From an uncultured Eubacteriales bacterium (GTDB lineage: Bacteria; Bacillota; Clostridia; TANB77; CAG-508), in assembly GCA_949289635.1 (NCBI GenBank), contig CASEOS010000002.1, positions 5,418-69,417 of the forward strand: a DNA stretch of 64,000 nucleotides. Reading direction: 5' to 3'. Position numbers and translations under genes: made by a program. Of this stretch, positions 43,001 through 52,411 are shown piece by piece (the stretch's first letter is position 1; each line of letters begins with the position of its first letter). Under the pieces are notes generated by a model that worked only from the letters and a program-made list of their open reading frames with translations, was not told where the DNA came from and did not search any database.

Positions 43001-44309
43001 TATAGTGTTTTTCTTTAGCAGAAACGATTTCAAGTTCTTTGATGTTTAATTCTGGATTTGCCATAATTTGTTTTGTGATTTCCATTAAACGTTCATGTAA
43101 TAAATCAATTTCTTCTAAAGTAAATAAGTCTTTTTTAAAGTCATAGTAAATACTAATCATGCCTGTGTCATCAATATCATATAAGTGAATGTCTAAATTA
43201 TTAACAACACAATGATTAAATAACCATTTGCAAGAATAAGGAACAGAACAAGTAGCTCTATGATTTCTTGCATTTTGATAAGACAAACAAACATCATAAA
43301 GATTTTTAGAAATATTAAATTTTTTTCTAATGGTATCTAGTAATAGGTTATAGGGATATCGTTGGTTTCTAAAAACAGACAATTCATGTTTTGAAACTTG
43401 CTCGATAAAATGTATACAAGTAGTATTTTTGTCGATTTCCATATGAAAAGGTACAGTACTAATATACATTCCTGTTGTATTTTTTTCTTTGAAATTGCAT
43501 CTATTTAATATAGGTGTTCCCACAGTAGAAGAATTTGTATTATTAATTTTTGATAAATAGATATTCAAAACAGCCATAAAAAGTGAAAATAAAGAAATTT
43601 TATGGTTATTGCAAAAAGTTAATAATTGATTGGTCTCTTCTTTTGAAAGGATAACACTTTTTCTAGTTGCTTCATATGAGCTAGATTGAAAATCTTTTAA
43701 GTAAGAAAATTCTAAATTTTCAAATTGATTCTCCCAAAAATTTTTAGCACGTTCAAATTTAGAACTTTCTAAATATTTTTTTTCTTCATCTATAAAATCT
43801 AAATAAGAATTAGTTTTGTTGTCTGGAATAGGTGTATTTTGAATAATAGAAATATAATAATTCATGATTTGGTCAATTAATAAGCTCATAGTCCAAGCAT
43901 CAGAAATAATATGATGTAAGTTGGCTACAAATCCACCTGTACCATCTTCATTTGTAAAAATAACAAAACGATATAAACGACTATTTAGAAGGGTAAAATG
44001 TTTTGTGATAACATCCTCTTCAAGTTTTGATAAAGGATAATCATTTGAAAGTTGAACTTTTTCAATTTCAATAAAAGAGTAATTTTCTATATATTGCTTA
44101 ATATCAGAACCTTCTTGCATTAATTGAATTCTCATAGAATCATTATTTTCAATAAACAGATTAATTGCTTTTGCTAAATGATCTTCATTGATTTTTTCTG
44201 AAATAGATAATGTTCCACATATATTTGAAACACAGGTGTTTTCATGGAATTGTTCTGTTAATAAAATAGATTTTTGTGGATTGCTTAACTCATAGTTTAA
44301 AATATTCAT
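40080..44309 (-). CDS. Single-module NRPS C-A-T-R (thioester reductase)
   Basis: HHIISD, YTSGSTGNPKG, NEYGPTE, YKTGD, IDSL, GATGFLG, YVRSK. Confidence 0.95.
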   Translation of the reverse strand: MNILNYELSNPQKSILLTEQFHENTCVSNICGTLSISEKINEDHLAKAINLFIENNDSMRIQLMQEGSDIKQYIENYSFIEIEKVQLSNDYPLSKLEEDVITKHFTLLNSRLYRFVIFTNEDGTGGFVANLHHIISDAWTMSLLIDQIMNYYISIIQNTPIPDNKTNSYLDFIDEEKKYLESSKFERAKNFWENQFENLEFSYLKDFQSSSYEATRKSVILSKEETNQLLTFCNNHKISLFSLFMAVLNIYLSKINNTNSSTVGTPILNRCNFKEKNTTGMYISTVPFHMEIDKNTTCIHFIEQVSKHELSVFRNQRYPYNLLLDTIRKKFNISKNLYDVCLSYQNARNHRATCSVPYSCKWLFNHCVVNNLDIHLYDIDDTGMISIYYDFKKDLFTLEEIDLLHERLMEITKQIMANPELNIKELEIVSAKEKHYILDTYNHKKNTDTFISVYDLFRQQLQKNPNKLAINYKDISLSYKELNTLANLIASKLKEYSVHSGDIVCLAFTDSIEFVASILATQKLGVCYIPIDVNYPNERIEYIVNNSNAKLILTHMNTLKSVKIDKELILRISLDNFDYQKNDVYNIDYDLKETDLAYIIYTSGSTGNPKGVQISHKSLSNYIRWAIKQYVHGEETNFPLFSSVAFDLTVTSIYTPLCSGNSIYIYQNENAQLLLEEMIKDNHVQIIKLTPGHFTLLQDLDLSNSIVCKFILGGDILTKEMCEKITSLFSHPIHIYNEYGPTEATVGCMIYEYHPEDTYTSVPIGYPIDNTQILLLNNDQELVPLGNIGEMFISGDCLALGYTDEQKTREKFLDHPFYTGEKIYKTGDLAILHSNGVMEYLGRSDFQVKLNGYRIELGEIQSVLLTHPDIKDVYVTVITLDDHKFLCAYYTSQNEIEDLSSFLKKILPSYMIPNYFMRLDKLPLTINGKIDKSALPLPKKSHTKYVKPQNKLEETLQEIFTELLEQKSKISVEDNLFDYYIDSLLLIKAQSILYGKGISINTQDFYEYPTIRKLADFLLIDQPKETSVLIEKMPIIKEIKKPIEITTDFRRIILFGATGFLGIHILYYLLTTTSSKIFCVIRKKDLVNPLARFIKKFNFYFPDVNIEPYLYRIKIVEGNLLDANFGIEEDLYNRLGTTCDCVIDTAALVKHYGNYEIFNKTNVHSAKKMISFCKKFNIPLHYISTMSVSGYGLVKTPSADFTENDLYIGQSFKDNVYVRSKFEAEKAIIEACQNNEMIASIYRLGTITNRYVDGVFQENYNDNAFFNRLESFINIGIFPRELHDFKFELSPVDICANFIVRLMYNQKHSLEIYHLYNNNYVSGFDLIKMLNFCGTNIDFSSIADFKTALSNSKANNFGITAYIKNVNNSLVTLHCEDTISVLNSLNLAWPQIEPDYINKILLYLKKYNT

Positions 44310-44559
44310 ACAACATCACCTTAAAATTTTTTTGCTAAAGAGATTATACATATAAAAAATCAAAAAATCAAATAATTCTACAAAATAACTTCATAATCTT
44401 CATATTTTGCAGGGATTCCTTTATGAAAATAAATGAATGATGACTTTCTATATGAATTTTAAATATAGTAAAATCTTTAAAAAGAAATATCCGTAAATGA
44501 ATATGAAGTATTGAAAAATAAAAAAAATAGATATAGAATGAAGAAAAAGGAGGGAGCAT

Positions 44560-46287
44560 ATGGGAGATAATGAAAATAGAAAGGTATATGAACCAAGAAT
44601 TGTAAAAAATTATAGGGAGATGATAGAATATTCGGTAAAAAACTATGCAGATAAAGTAGCCTATAAATATAAGAAAAATGGAGATTTAAAACATGTAGAA
44701 TATGTAGAAAAAACATATGAACAAGTAGGAAAAGACATAAAAGCATTTGCAACAGAGTTATTAAACAAGGGGCTAGAAAAGAAAAAAATTATTGTTATTG
44801 GAAATAATCGATATGAATGGTGTGTAACTTATTTAGCTGTTACAAGTGGAAATATGATTATTGTCCCATTAGATAAAGCACTTCCAGATAATGAGATTGA
44901 AAATTTAGTAACAAGAAGTGAGGCAGAAGTTGCTATATTTGATAAAAAATATGTAGAAGTTATGAAAAAACTAAAGAAAGATACAAATGTAAATTTAAAA
45001 ATGCTAATTTGCATGGATGATATCAAAGATAACGAAATAGAAAAATTTTCACAATTATTGAAAAAGGGTGAAGAACGAGTAAAAAATGGGGATGATTATT
45101 ATGAAAAAGTGGAAATCCATCCTGAAGAAATGTCAATTATGTTGTTTACATCAGGAACTACTAATCTTCCAAAAGCAGTAATGCTATCTCAAAAAAATAT
45201 ATGTGCAAACTTATCAGATTTTGCATCATGGGTAAAGCTATATCCAACAGACACATTACTTTCTTTTCTACCAATTCACCATACATTTGAATGTACAGTA
45301 ACATTTCTTTATGGATTTTATAGTGGTTGTACAGTAGCTTTTTGTGATGGATTAAAATATATTCAAAAAAATTTGGCAGAATATAAAGTTTCTGTATTTG
45401 TAGCGGTTCCATTGGTATTAGAGACCATGTACAAAAAAATTCAAAAAGCAATTCATGACCAAGGAAAAGAAAAATTAATTAATAGAATGATAAAAATAGC
45501 TAATGGACTTTTAAAATGTAAAATAGATTTAAGAAAAGTCATTTTTAAACAAATATTAGATAATTTAGGTGGAAATATTCGTTTAGTATTATATGGCTCA
45601 GCGCCTATGGATAAAGAAACCATTGTAGGATTTAATAATTTTGGAATTGCATTAATACAAGGATATGGTTTAACAGAAACATCACCAGTTATTGCAGCAG
45701 AATCAGATAAAGAAAAAAGACCAGGTTCTGTAGGATTAGCTTTACCTAGTTTAAATGTCAAAATCGATTGTCCAGATGAAAAGGGAGAAGGAGAGATTTT
45801 AGTAAAAGGTCCAAGTGTTATGATGGGATATTATCACAATGAAGAAGAAAATCAAAAAGCATTTGTAGATGGGTGGTTTAGAACAGGAGACTATGGATAT
45901 ATAACAGAAGATGGATTTATCTATGTAACAGGTAGAAAAAAAGATATCATAGTTCTAAGAAACGGAAAAAATGTGTATCCACAAGAGATTGAATTTTTAA
46001 TTAATAAACTACCTTATGTAACAGAATCTCTAGTATACCAAAGAGAAAAAGATAAAACAGATACTATGTTATGTGCTAAAATTGTATATGATAAAGATAT
46101 GATAGAAGAAAAATTAGGAGAAAAAACAGAAAAAGAATACAAAGACAGCATTTGGGAAGAAATAAAAGAGATTAATAAAAAATTACCAGTATTTAAACAT
46201 ATAAAACAAATCACCATAACGACAGAGCCATTAATAAAGACAACAACACAAAAAGTAAAACGTTATGAAGAATTAAAAAGAGTTTAA
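44560..46287 (+). CDS. Long-chain acyl-CoA synthetase (AMP-binding)
   Basis: FTSGTT, QGYGLTE, WFRTGD, GKNVYPQEIE. Confidence 0.93.
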   Translation: MGDNENRKVYEPRIVKNYREMIEYSVKNYADKVAYKYKKNGDLKHVEYVEKTYEQVGKDIKAFATELLNKGLEKKKIIVIGNNRYEWCVTYLAVTSGNMIIVPLDKALPDNEIENLVTRSEAEVAIFDKKYVEVMKKLKKDTNVNLKMLICMDDIKDNEIEKFSQLLKKGEERVKNGDDYYEKVEIHPEEMSIMLFTSGTTNLPKAVMLSQKNICANLSDFASWVKLYPTDTLLSFLPIHHTFECTVTFLYGFYSGCTVAFCDGLKYIQKNLAEYKVSVFVAVPLVLETMYKKIQKAIHDQGKEKLINRMIKIANGLLKCKIDLRKVIFKQILDNLGGNIRLVLYGSAPMDKETIVGFNNFGIALIQGYGLTETSPVIAAESDKEKRPGSVGLALPSLNVKIDCPDEKGEGEILVKGPSVMMGYYHNEEENQKAFVDGWFRTGDYGYITEDGFIYVTGRKKDIIVLRNGKNVYPQEIEFLINKLPYVTESLVYQREKDKTDTMLCAKIVYDKDMIEEKLGEKTEKEYKDSIWEEIKEINKKLPVFKHIKQITITTEPLIKTTTQKVKRYEELKRV

Positions 46288-46292
46288 GAGTA

Positions 46293-46331
46293 AAAAAGGG
46301 ATTTTGGGGACGGACTCATTTTTCCCTTTTT
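46293..46331 (+). repeat. GGGGACGG REP hairpin
   Basis: Near-identical to 29166-29203. Confidence 0.8.
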
Positions 46332-46334
46332 ATT

Positions 46335-47516
46335 TTGACTAAAATTGAAAATATGGTGAATACTATTTTTGAGGTGATTTTGTTGAGAAGAGCTAAGAGA
46401 AAAAGTAGTGGTAAAAAAATTGTGATAACTACCATTGTTTTATTAATCATGTGGTTACTAGGATTTTATATATATGTTACATATAATCATATAGAAATTT
46501 ATGACTCTAATTATACGGCAGAAAGAACACAATCCACAATAGAGGAACAAACTGTGGAAAAAGTAGAAGAAGAAAGCAAAAATGTGGCAGATGTGATAGA
46601 AGAAACAGTAGAAAGTGTTGTAGGAATATCAAAATTAAAAAATGCAGGAGATTCTATTTTTTCAAGTAATACAGAAAGTCAATTAGGTTTAGGAACAGGC
46701 GTTATTCTTACAGAAAATGGGTATATTTTAAGTAATGAGCATGTGACAGGTAGTAAATATAGTAAATGCTATGTGACATTAGAAAATGGAAACAATTATA
46801 ATGGAACTGTTGTATGGAGTGATTCTCATATTGATTTATCGATTGTAAAAATAGAGGCAAGTAATTTGAAATATGTGACATTGGGAGATTCAGATAATAT
46901 CAAAATAGGAGAAACCGTGTATGCTATCGGAAATCCAATTGGATTTGAATTTAGAAGAACGGTTACTTCAGGAATTATTAGTGCAAAAAATAGAACCATT
47001 AAATTGGAAGAAGAGGACACTGTATCATATATGACAGATTTAATACAAACAGATGCAACGATTAATCCAGGAAATAGTGGAGGACCATTAATTTATCCAA
47101 ATGGACAAGTCATTGGAATTAACACAGTTAAAATATCTTCAGCAGAAGGAATTGGATTTGCCATACCTATTAATATTGTAAAACCAATTATAGAAAGTTA
47201 TCAAAATACAGGAGACTTTCAAGAAGCAAAAATTGGAATATATGCTTATGATGCAGAAGTAATCCCCTATTTAGAAAAAGGAACAACTAGCAGTTTTCAA
47301 GAAGGGATTTATGTAACAGAAGTAACAAAAAATGGACCAGCAGATACAGCAGGAATAAAAGAAGGTGATATCATTACACAAATAGATGATACAAAATTAA
47401 ATACAATGAATGACCTAAGAGAATATATTTATACAAAAAAACCAAATGAGGAAGTTACATTACAAATCAATAGAGGAAAAATAAAAAGAGAGATTGTTGT
47501 AAAATTAGGAAGGTGA
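46335..47516 (+). CDS. htrA: HtrA-like serine protease with PDZ domain
   Basis: SNEHV, INPGNSGGPL, PDZ; true start probably near 46380. Confidence 0.92.
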   Translation: MTKIENMVNTIFEVILLRRAKRKSSGKKIVITTIVLLIMWLLGFYIYVTYNHIEIYDSNYTAERTQSTIEEQTVEKVEEESKNVADVIEETVESVVGISKLKNAGDSIFSSNTESQLGLGTGVILTENGYILSNEHVTGSKYSKCYVTLENGNNYNGTVVWSDSHIDLSIVKIEASNLKYVTLGDSDNIKIGETVYAIGNPIGFEFRRTVTSGIISAKNRTIKLEEEDTVSYMTDLIQTDATINPGNSGGPLIYPNGQVIGINTVKISSAEGIGFAIPINIVKPIIESYQNTGDFQEAKIGIYAYDAEVIPYLEKGTTSSFQEGIYVTEVTKNGPADTAGIKEGDIITQIDDTKLNTMNDLREYIYTKKPNEEVTLQINRGKIKREIVVKLGR

Positions 47517-47666
47517 AACGTTAAGGACGTGCCAAATGTGCCAAAGGGGACGGGGTAAAATGGCACACTTTATAATTTAAAAATGGATTATTTATATAAT
47601 ATAAATAAAAGTGTGCCATTTTACCCCGTCCCCTTTGGCACATTTGGCACGTCCCTAACGTTTCAC
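47513..47666. repeat. REPIN-like inverted repeat
   Basis: 59-bp arms 47513-47571 / 47608-47666 with one mismatch. Confidence 0.9.
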
Positions 47667-48736
47667 TCTGTTAAGAATTCTTCCATTAAATCATATTTTC
47701 TAGAATAATCTTTTGTTTCTTCATTTGAAAGATAAACTTCTGATGTGTTGGTTTTTAAAAATTCAATGATTTCATAAACATCTATCCAAATTTCATTTGG
47801 ACTATCTACTTGTGATTCATCAAAAATAAGTTGCATACCAAAATGTAAGTGAGCAACATTTATATTATTTACATTTTCTTTTATACTATATCCTGTCATT
47901 CCTAAATATCCAATAACATCACCAGCTTTTACTGTATCTCCTTGTTCCAATCCTTCTACATAAGGGTGGTCTTTTCGTAGATGAGCATAATAGTAATATC
48001 GTTTTCCATCAAAACTCCTAATGCCAATACGCCAGCCACCATATTGATTCCATCCGAGTTGTTCAACTATGCCAGATTCTACTGCTATGATAGGTGTTCC
48101 AATACTTCCCATTAAATCATTTCCTAAATGAGTTCTTTTAAATCCATAAGATCTAGAATTTCCAAAGTCTTTATAATGTGTAAAATAATAATTTTTGGCA
48201 ATTGGTAAAAAGGCTTTTAAGCCATATTGATTTTTAAAAACTTTTTGATTATTTTCGTCTAATGTTTCAATAGAATAATTGCCAATAAAACCACTTAAAA
48301 CAGCAGAATAAGCTTCTAAATAATAGTCATAAAAGGTTAGTGTAGATGTAAGTTCTTCCATTGATTTTCCATTTTTTAAATTTTCTACGATTTTATTTAA
48401 ATCATTTTCATTAAAATTTTTAAAATTTCCACCATAGATACAAGCTAAATAAGCTAATAATTCAATCCAATTATATGTGGTTTCTTCATTGCTATTATGT
48501 GAATGGATGTCTAATTCAGAAGTTAATTTTAAAACATGGCAAGGGACAGTAAAATCTACCCATTTTATATAATCTTCTTCACTATCAGTATTTACTTCAA
48601 TAGATTGTAAATGCTTTTGACTGAAATAAAAAATGAAAGAAGAAAATAAAAACACAATTAACGCTAGCATAGATATACATATATTTATGATACAATTCTT
48701 TTTTATATGTATCGATTTTATAATCAATCTAAACAC
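47663..48736 (-). CDS. M23 family metallopeptidase
   Basis: HLGND, YYAHL, HLH. Confidence 0.9.
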   Translation of the reverse strand: MFRLIIKSIHIKKNCIINICISMLALIVFLFSSFIFYFSQKHLQSIEVNTDSEEDYIKWVDFTVPCHVLKLTSELDIHSHNSNEETTYNWIELLAYLACIYGGNFKNFNENDLNKIVENLKNGKSMEELTSTLTFYDYYLEAYSAVLSGFIGNYSIETLDENNQKVFKNQYGLKAFLPIAKNYYFTHYKDFGNSRSYGFKRTHLGNDLMGSIGTPIIAVESGIVEQLGWNQYGGWRIGIRSFDGKRYYYYAHLRKDHPYVEGLEQGDTVKAGDVIGYLGMTGYSIKENVNNINVAHLHFGMQLIFDESQVDSPNEIWIDVYEIIEFLKTNTSEVYLSNEETKDYSRKYDLMEEFLTE

Positions 48737-48918
48737 CTCATAAAAATATATGAAAAGAAAATGAAAATCATGACGACTACTTGTGGAGAGAAAAAATCAA
48801 ATACAGAGTTGTGAAATGTTTTTGGTAAAACTATTTACGAAATTTGAATATTATATTAAAATGAAAATATAGGTGATATATTAATAAAATATATATTCAA
48901 TAATAGGAGGGAGGAAAA

Positions 48919-49380
48919 ATGAATAAATACATGAAGATAGCAAAACAAAATGCAGAAGAGGGAATCAATAGGGGAGAAGGAGGACCATTCGGTGCAGTTA
49001 TTATAGATAAAGAAGGAAATATTATTTCAAACGGAAATAATCAAGTAATAAAGAACAATGATCCAACGGCACATGCAGAAATTGTTGCAATTAGAGAAGC
49101 TTGTGAGAAATTACATACATATGATTTATCAGATTATATATTATATACATCTTGTGAACCATGTCCGATGTGTTTATCATCCATTATTTGGGCAAATATA
49201 AAAGAAGTGTATTATGGTTGTACAAAAGAAGATGCTGGAGAAATTGGATTTCGAGATGATATGATTTATGAATATTTGAAGGGAAACAATTCTAATTTAA
49301 TTGATTTAAAAAAGGTGGATAGAGATGAATGTTTAGAGGTGTTTAAAAAGTACAAAGAAATAGGTGGAGTTATTTATTAA
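48919..49380 (+). CDS. Nucleoside/guanine deaminase (GuaD-like)
   Basis: GGPFGAVI, DPTAHAE, CEPCPMC, IIWA. Confidence 0.88.
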   Translation: MNKYMKIAKQNAEEGINRGEGGPFGAVIIDKEGNIISNGNNQVIKNNDPTAHAEIVAIREACEKLHTYDLSDYILYTSCEPCPMCLSSIIWANIKEVYYGCTKEDAGEIGFRDDMIYEYLKGNNSNLIDLKKVDRDECLEVFKKYKEIGGVIY

Positions 49381-49428
49381 AATAAAAAATATAAACCGTT
49401 GATATATACATATATTCAACGGTTTAAA

Positions 49429-49505
<77 letters not shown>

Positions 49506-49652
49506 ATACCTAATATTATAACGGTTTATCGTTAATTTTACAATACTTTTTATTGGATTTTTCAAATTATTTTCATTAAAGGAAAATAAAATTTAAAAAA
49601 AGCCTTGCAAACCATAAAAAAATGTGCTATTATATATAAGCATGAAATAAAT

Positions 49653-49728
49653 CGAGGTGTAGCGCAGTTGGTAGCGCGCGTGGTTTGGGACCATGAGGTC
49701 GCAGGTTCGATCCCTGTCACCTCGACCA
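49653..49728 (+). tRNA. tRNA-Pro(TGG)
   Basis: Cloverleaf, loop TTTGGGA, CCA. Confidence 0.97.
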
Positions 49729-49986
49729 TACGATAGCAATTTTGAGAGAACTCAAGGAAATTGCAAAAGTCTGAAAGGGTATTAATCAATGGATTTTGGT
49801 TAATACTCTTTTTCTATGCAGTTCTCAAAAATTCTATAAAAAGTTCTAAAATAGTTCTAAAATTTATGTTTTAAAAAAATTTTAGGTGTATAAAAAATGT
49901 TTTAAAAAGTTTTAAAAAACTGTATAGAACTTAATATGCTCTTTCATCAAAAATAAAGACAATGGAAGTCTTAGAAGGGATGAAAG

Positions 49987-50934
49987 ATGAACAAAATAAA
50001 TTTTTATAAAATAAATGAAACATTGAATAATAAATATTATCAAATACCACAAGAATTATTTGTTAATAGATTATATAAACAAAAATTAAATTCAGATAGT
50101 AAAATATTATATGCTTTTCTACTTGATAGATTATCTTTATCACAAAAACACCATTGGTTTGATAAAGAAGGTAGAGTTTATTTAATATTTACAAGAGAAG
50201 AAGTACAAAATAAACTTTGTTTATCTGAAAAGACAGTTACAAAAGCATTTAAACAATTAGCAGAAGTAAATTTAATTGCAGAAAAAAGACAAGGGTTAGG
50301 GAAACCCAATTTGATTTATGTTGGTAAAATCCAACACGAAAATATAAAGAATTTTGTAGATATGGAAAATTTACAAGTCTTGATCAGTAAAAATTACGGT
50401 TCTGGAGAAGTAGAAAATACAATTCTTGATATGGAAAATTTACCTACAATCAATCCTAATAATATCAAAACTAATATAATCAATACTGAATCTATCAATC
50501 CTCAAAGTAATGAAGAAAGTATTTCATTAAATGATGTAAAAGAAAAATGTAGATTAAATGAATTTACAACAGAAGAAAAGTCAATATTAGAAGATGTTAT
50601 AGATAGATTATATTATGCAGATAATTTAAAAGTAGGAAATGTAATAATAACTAATTCAAAAATATTATCAAAGATTTCTTTGATTAATAAAGATAACTTA
50701 ATTCAATTATTAGATATTGCTAGAAACAATAATAGTATTAAAAATATAACAAATTATTTAGTGATTTGTTTATATAATAATTTGGGTAATTCTAATATAA
50801 ATATAGCGACAAGTAATATAGCAAATAATAAAACTACTATATATAATCGTGATTATGAAAGAAAATATCCAGATGGATTTTTCGATAGCCTATATGCTAA
50901 CTTTGCTGGCGAAAATGCAGTAGCACCTTCGTAG
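49987..50934 (+). CDS. RepA_N replication initiator
   Basis: YYQIPQELF, SKILYAFLLDR, RQGLGKPNLIY. Confidence 0.92.
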   Translation: MNKINFYKINETLNNKYYQIPQELFVNRLYKQKLNSDSKILYAFLLDRLSLSQKHHWFDKEGRVYLIFTREEVQNKLCLSEKTVTKAFKQLAEVNLIAEKRQGLGKPNLIYVGKIQHENIKNFVDMENLQVLISKNYGSGEVENTILDMENLPTINPNNIKTNIINTESINPQSNEESISLNDVKEKCRLNEFTTEEKSILEDVIDRLYYADNLKVGNVIITNSKILSKISLINKDNLIQLLDIARNNNSIKNITNYLVICLYNNLGNSNINIATSNIANNKTTIYNRDYERKYPDGFFDSLYANFAGENAVAPS

Positions 50935-51063
50935 AATTTTGCTCTGATATGAAGTTGCAAGAGATACTTTAAAATGCAACTTCACTATATTTTATAAAGG
51001 CTATTGCCATTATAAAATATAGCCTAAAAAATGCTTTAGCAGTTTTTAGGAAAACCCCGTAGG

Positions 51064-51100
51064 GCACACAGACAAACTTGTTTGTCTAGTGTGTTAGACA
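51064..51100 (+). other. MOBV-type oriT
   Basis: Inverted repeat plus TAGTGTG/TTA nick sequence as in pMV158, just upstream of mob. Confidence 0.8.
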
Positions 51101-51115
51101 AGAAAATCTTATCTT

Positions 51116-52369
51116 GTGAGTTTGAGAGAGAGCAAGGAAGAAAATATGAGTTATGCCATAATTAGAAATGAAAAATTAACTAGGGCAAAAGCTATGGGAG
51201 CATATAGGCATAATGAAAGAAAAGCAAAAAATCATTCAAACAAAAATATAGATAGTAGTAAAACAGAATTAAATTATTATATAAAGAAAAATGAATTAAG
51301 TTATATAAAAGAGTTTGATAGAATAAAAGAAAAGTACAATTTAAAAGGTCAAATAAGAAGTAATAGCATTATAATGTGTGAAATGATATTTACTTCTGAC
51401 CAAAAATTTTTTGACGAAATAGGTTATCAGGAAAGTAAACGATATTTTCAAGAAAGTTATAATTTTATATGCAACTACAAAAATTTAGGAGAAGAAAATA
51501 TTATATCAGCAGTTGTTCATATAGATGAAGATACACCACATATGCACTTGTTATTTATTCCAGTAGTTCATACAAAAGATAAGCAAGGAAATAAAATTGA
51601 TAAAGTTTGTTCTAGAGATTTTTGGAAAGGCAAAAATAGTTATAGAGATTTACAAAATGCTTATTTTAAGCATATTTCTGAAAAGGGTTTTAAATTAGAA
51701 AGAGGAGAATTAGTAGAAATAACAAATAGAGAACATTTTTCAATACAAGAGTATAAACAAATTACAAATTATGAAAATACTAAACAAATATTAAAAGATA
51801 TTAAATTAGAACTGCCAGAAACACCTGATATAAAAGATATTAAAAAGATTATGCTAAACAGAGATGAAAAAATAGAAAATGAGATTATTAAGCCAAAGGA
51901 TGAATTAATACAAAAACTCCATCAAGAAAATGTTTCATTGCATAAAGAATTATCAAAACAAACCAATATTATTGATAAATCAGAGAAATTTGAAACAGAA
52001 AGAAAATCATTGACAGCAGACAATATTGAATTAAAAGCAAAATGTAGAAAACTTGAATTGGATTTTAAGCAAAAGGAAAAAGCATTAAAAAATAAATACG
52101 AAGATGAAACTTATAGAATAGATTACCAATATCAGAAAATTATAAATAAATTAGAAAAAGAAAATAACTATTTAAAGAAAGTTATCGATAGATTTAAAAT
52201 TACAGTTCAAAAGTTTATTATTTGGATTTGTCATAAGTTTTCTGCTCCATCTGAAGAAGATTTGATAAGAGATTTTGAAAAAGAGACATATATGGACTTT
52301 GATGTTGAAAGGCAAATGGATATAAAAAATTCTGAAATAGAAAAACAAGAAGATGAGTTAGAATATTAA
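51116..52369 (+). CDS. MobV/Pre relaxase
   Basis: HNER, HIDEDTPHMH. Confidence 0.93.
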   Translation: MSLRESKEENMSYAIIRNEKLTRAKAMGAYRHNERKAKNHSNKNIDSSKTELNYYIKKNELSYIKEFDRIKEKYNLKGQIRSNSIIMCEMIFTSDQKFFDEIGYQESKRYFQESYNFICNYKNLGEENIISAVVHIDEDTPHMHLLFIPVVHTKDKQGNKIDKVCSRDFWKGKNSYRDLQNAYFKHISEKGFKLERGELVEITNREHFSIQEYKQITNYENTKQILKDIKLELPETPDIKDIKKIMLNRDEKIENEIIKPKDELIQKLHQENVSLHKELSKQTNIIDKSEKFETERKSLTADNIELKAKCRKLELDFKQKEKALKNKYEDETYRIDYQYQKIINKLEKENNYLKKVIDRFKITVQKFIIWICHKFSAPSEEDLIRDFEKETYMDFDVERQMDIKNSEIEKQEDELEY

Positions 52370-52411
52370 CAAATATAAAAAATGCCACATTGAGTGGCAA
52401 TTTTTTATAAA

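Noticed and set aside
47505-47516. AGG-triggered frameshift (genes ending AGG TGA here, at 3939 and at 58308)
   Set aside because: Proteins appear complete and AGG is read normally in frame in gyrA, the FabG-like gene and others
48740-48918. Purine riboswitch upstream of guanine deaminase
   Set aside because: Conserved aptamer sequences (UAUAA, GGG/GUUUCUAC, CCGUAAA) not found
48919-49380. tadA next to tRNA-Arg(ACG)
   Set aside because: GGPFGA and IIWA features fit guanine deaminase; lacks EVPVGA and YGA.DPK of TadA
49562-49789. 75-aa minus-strand ORF
   Set aside because: Antisense shadow of tRNA-Pro
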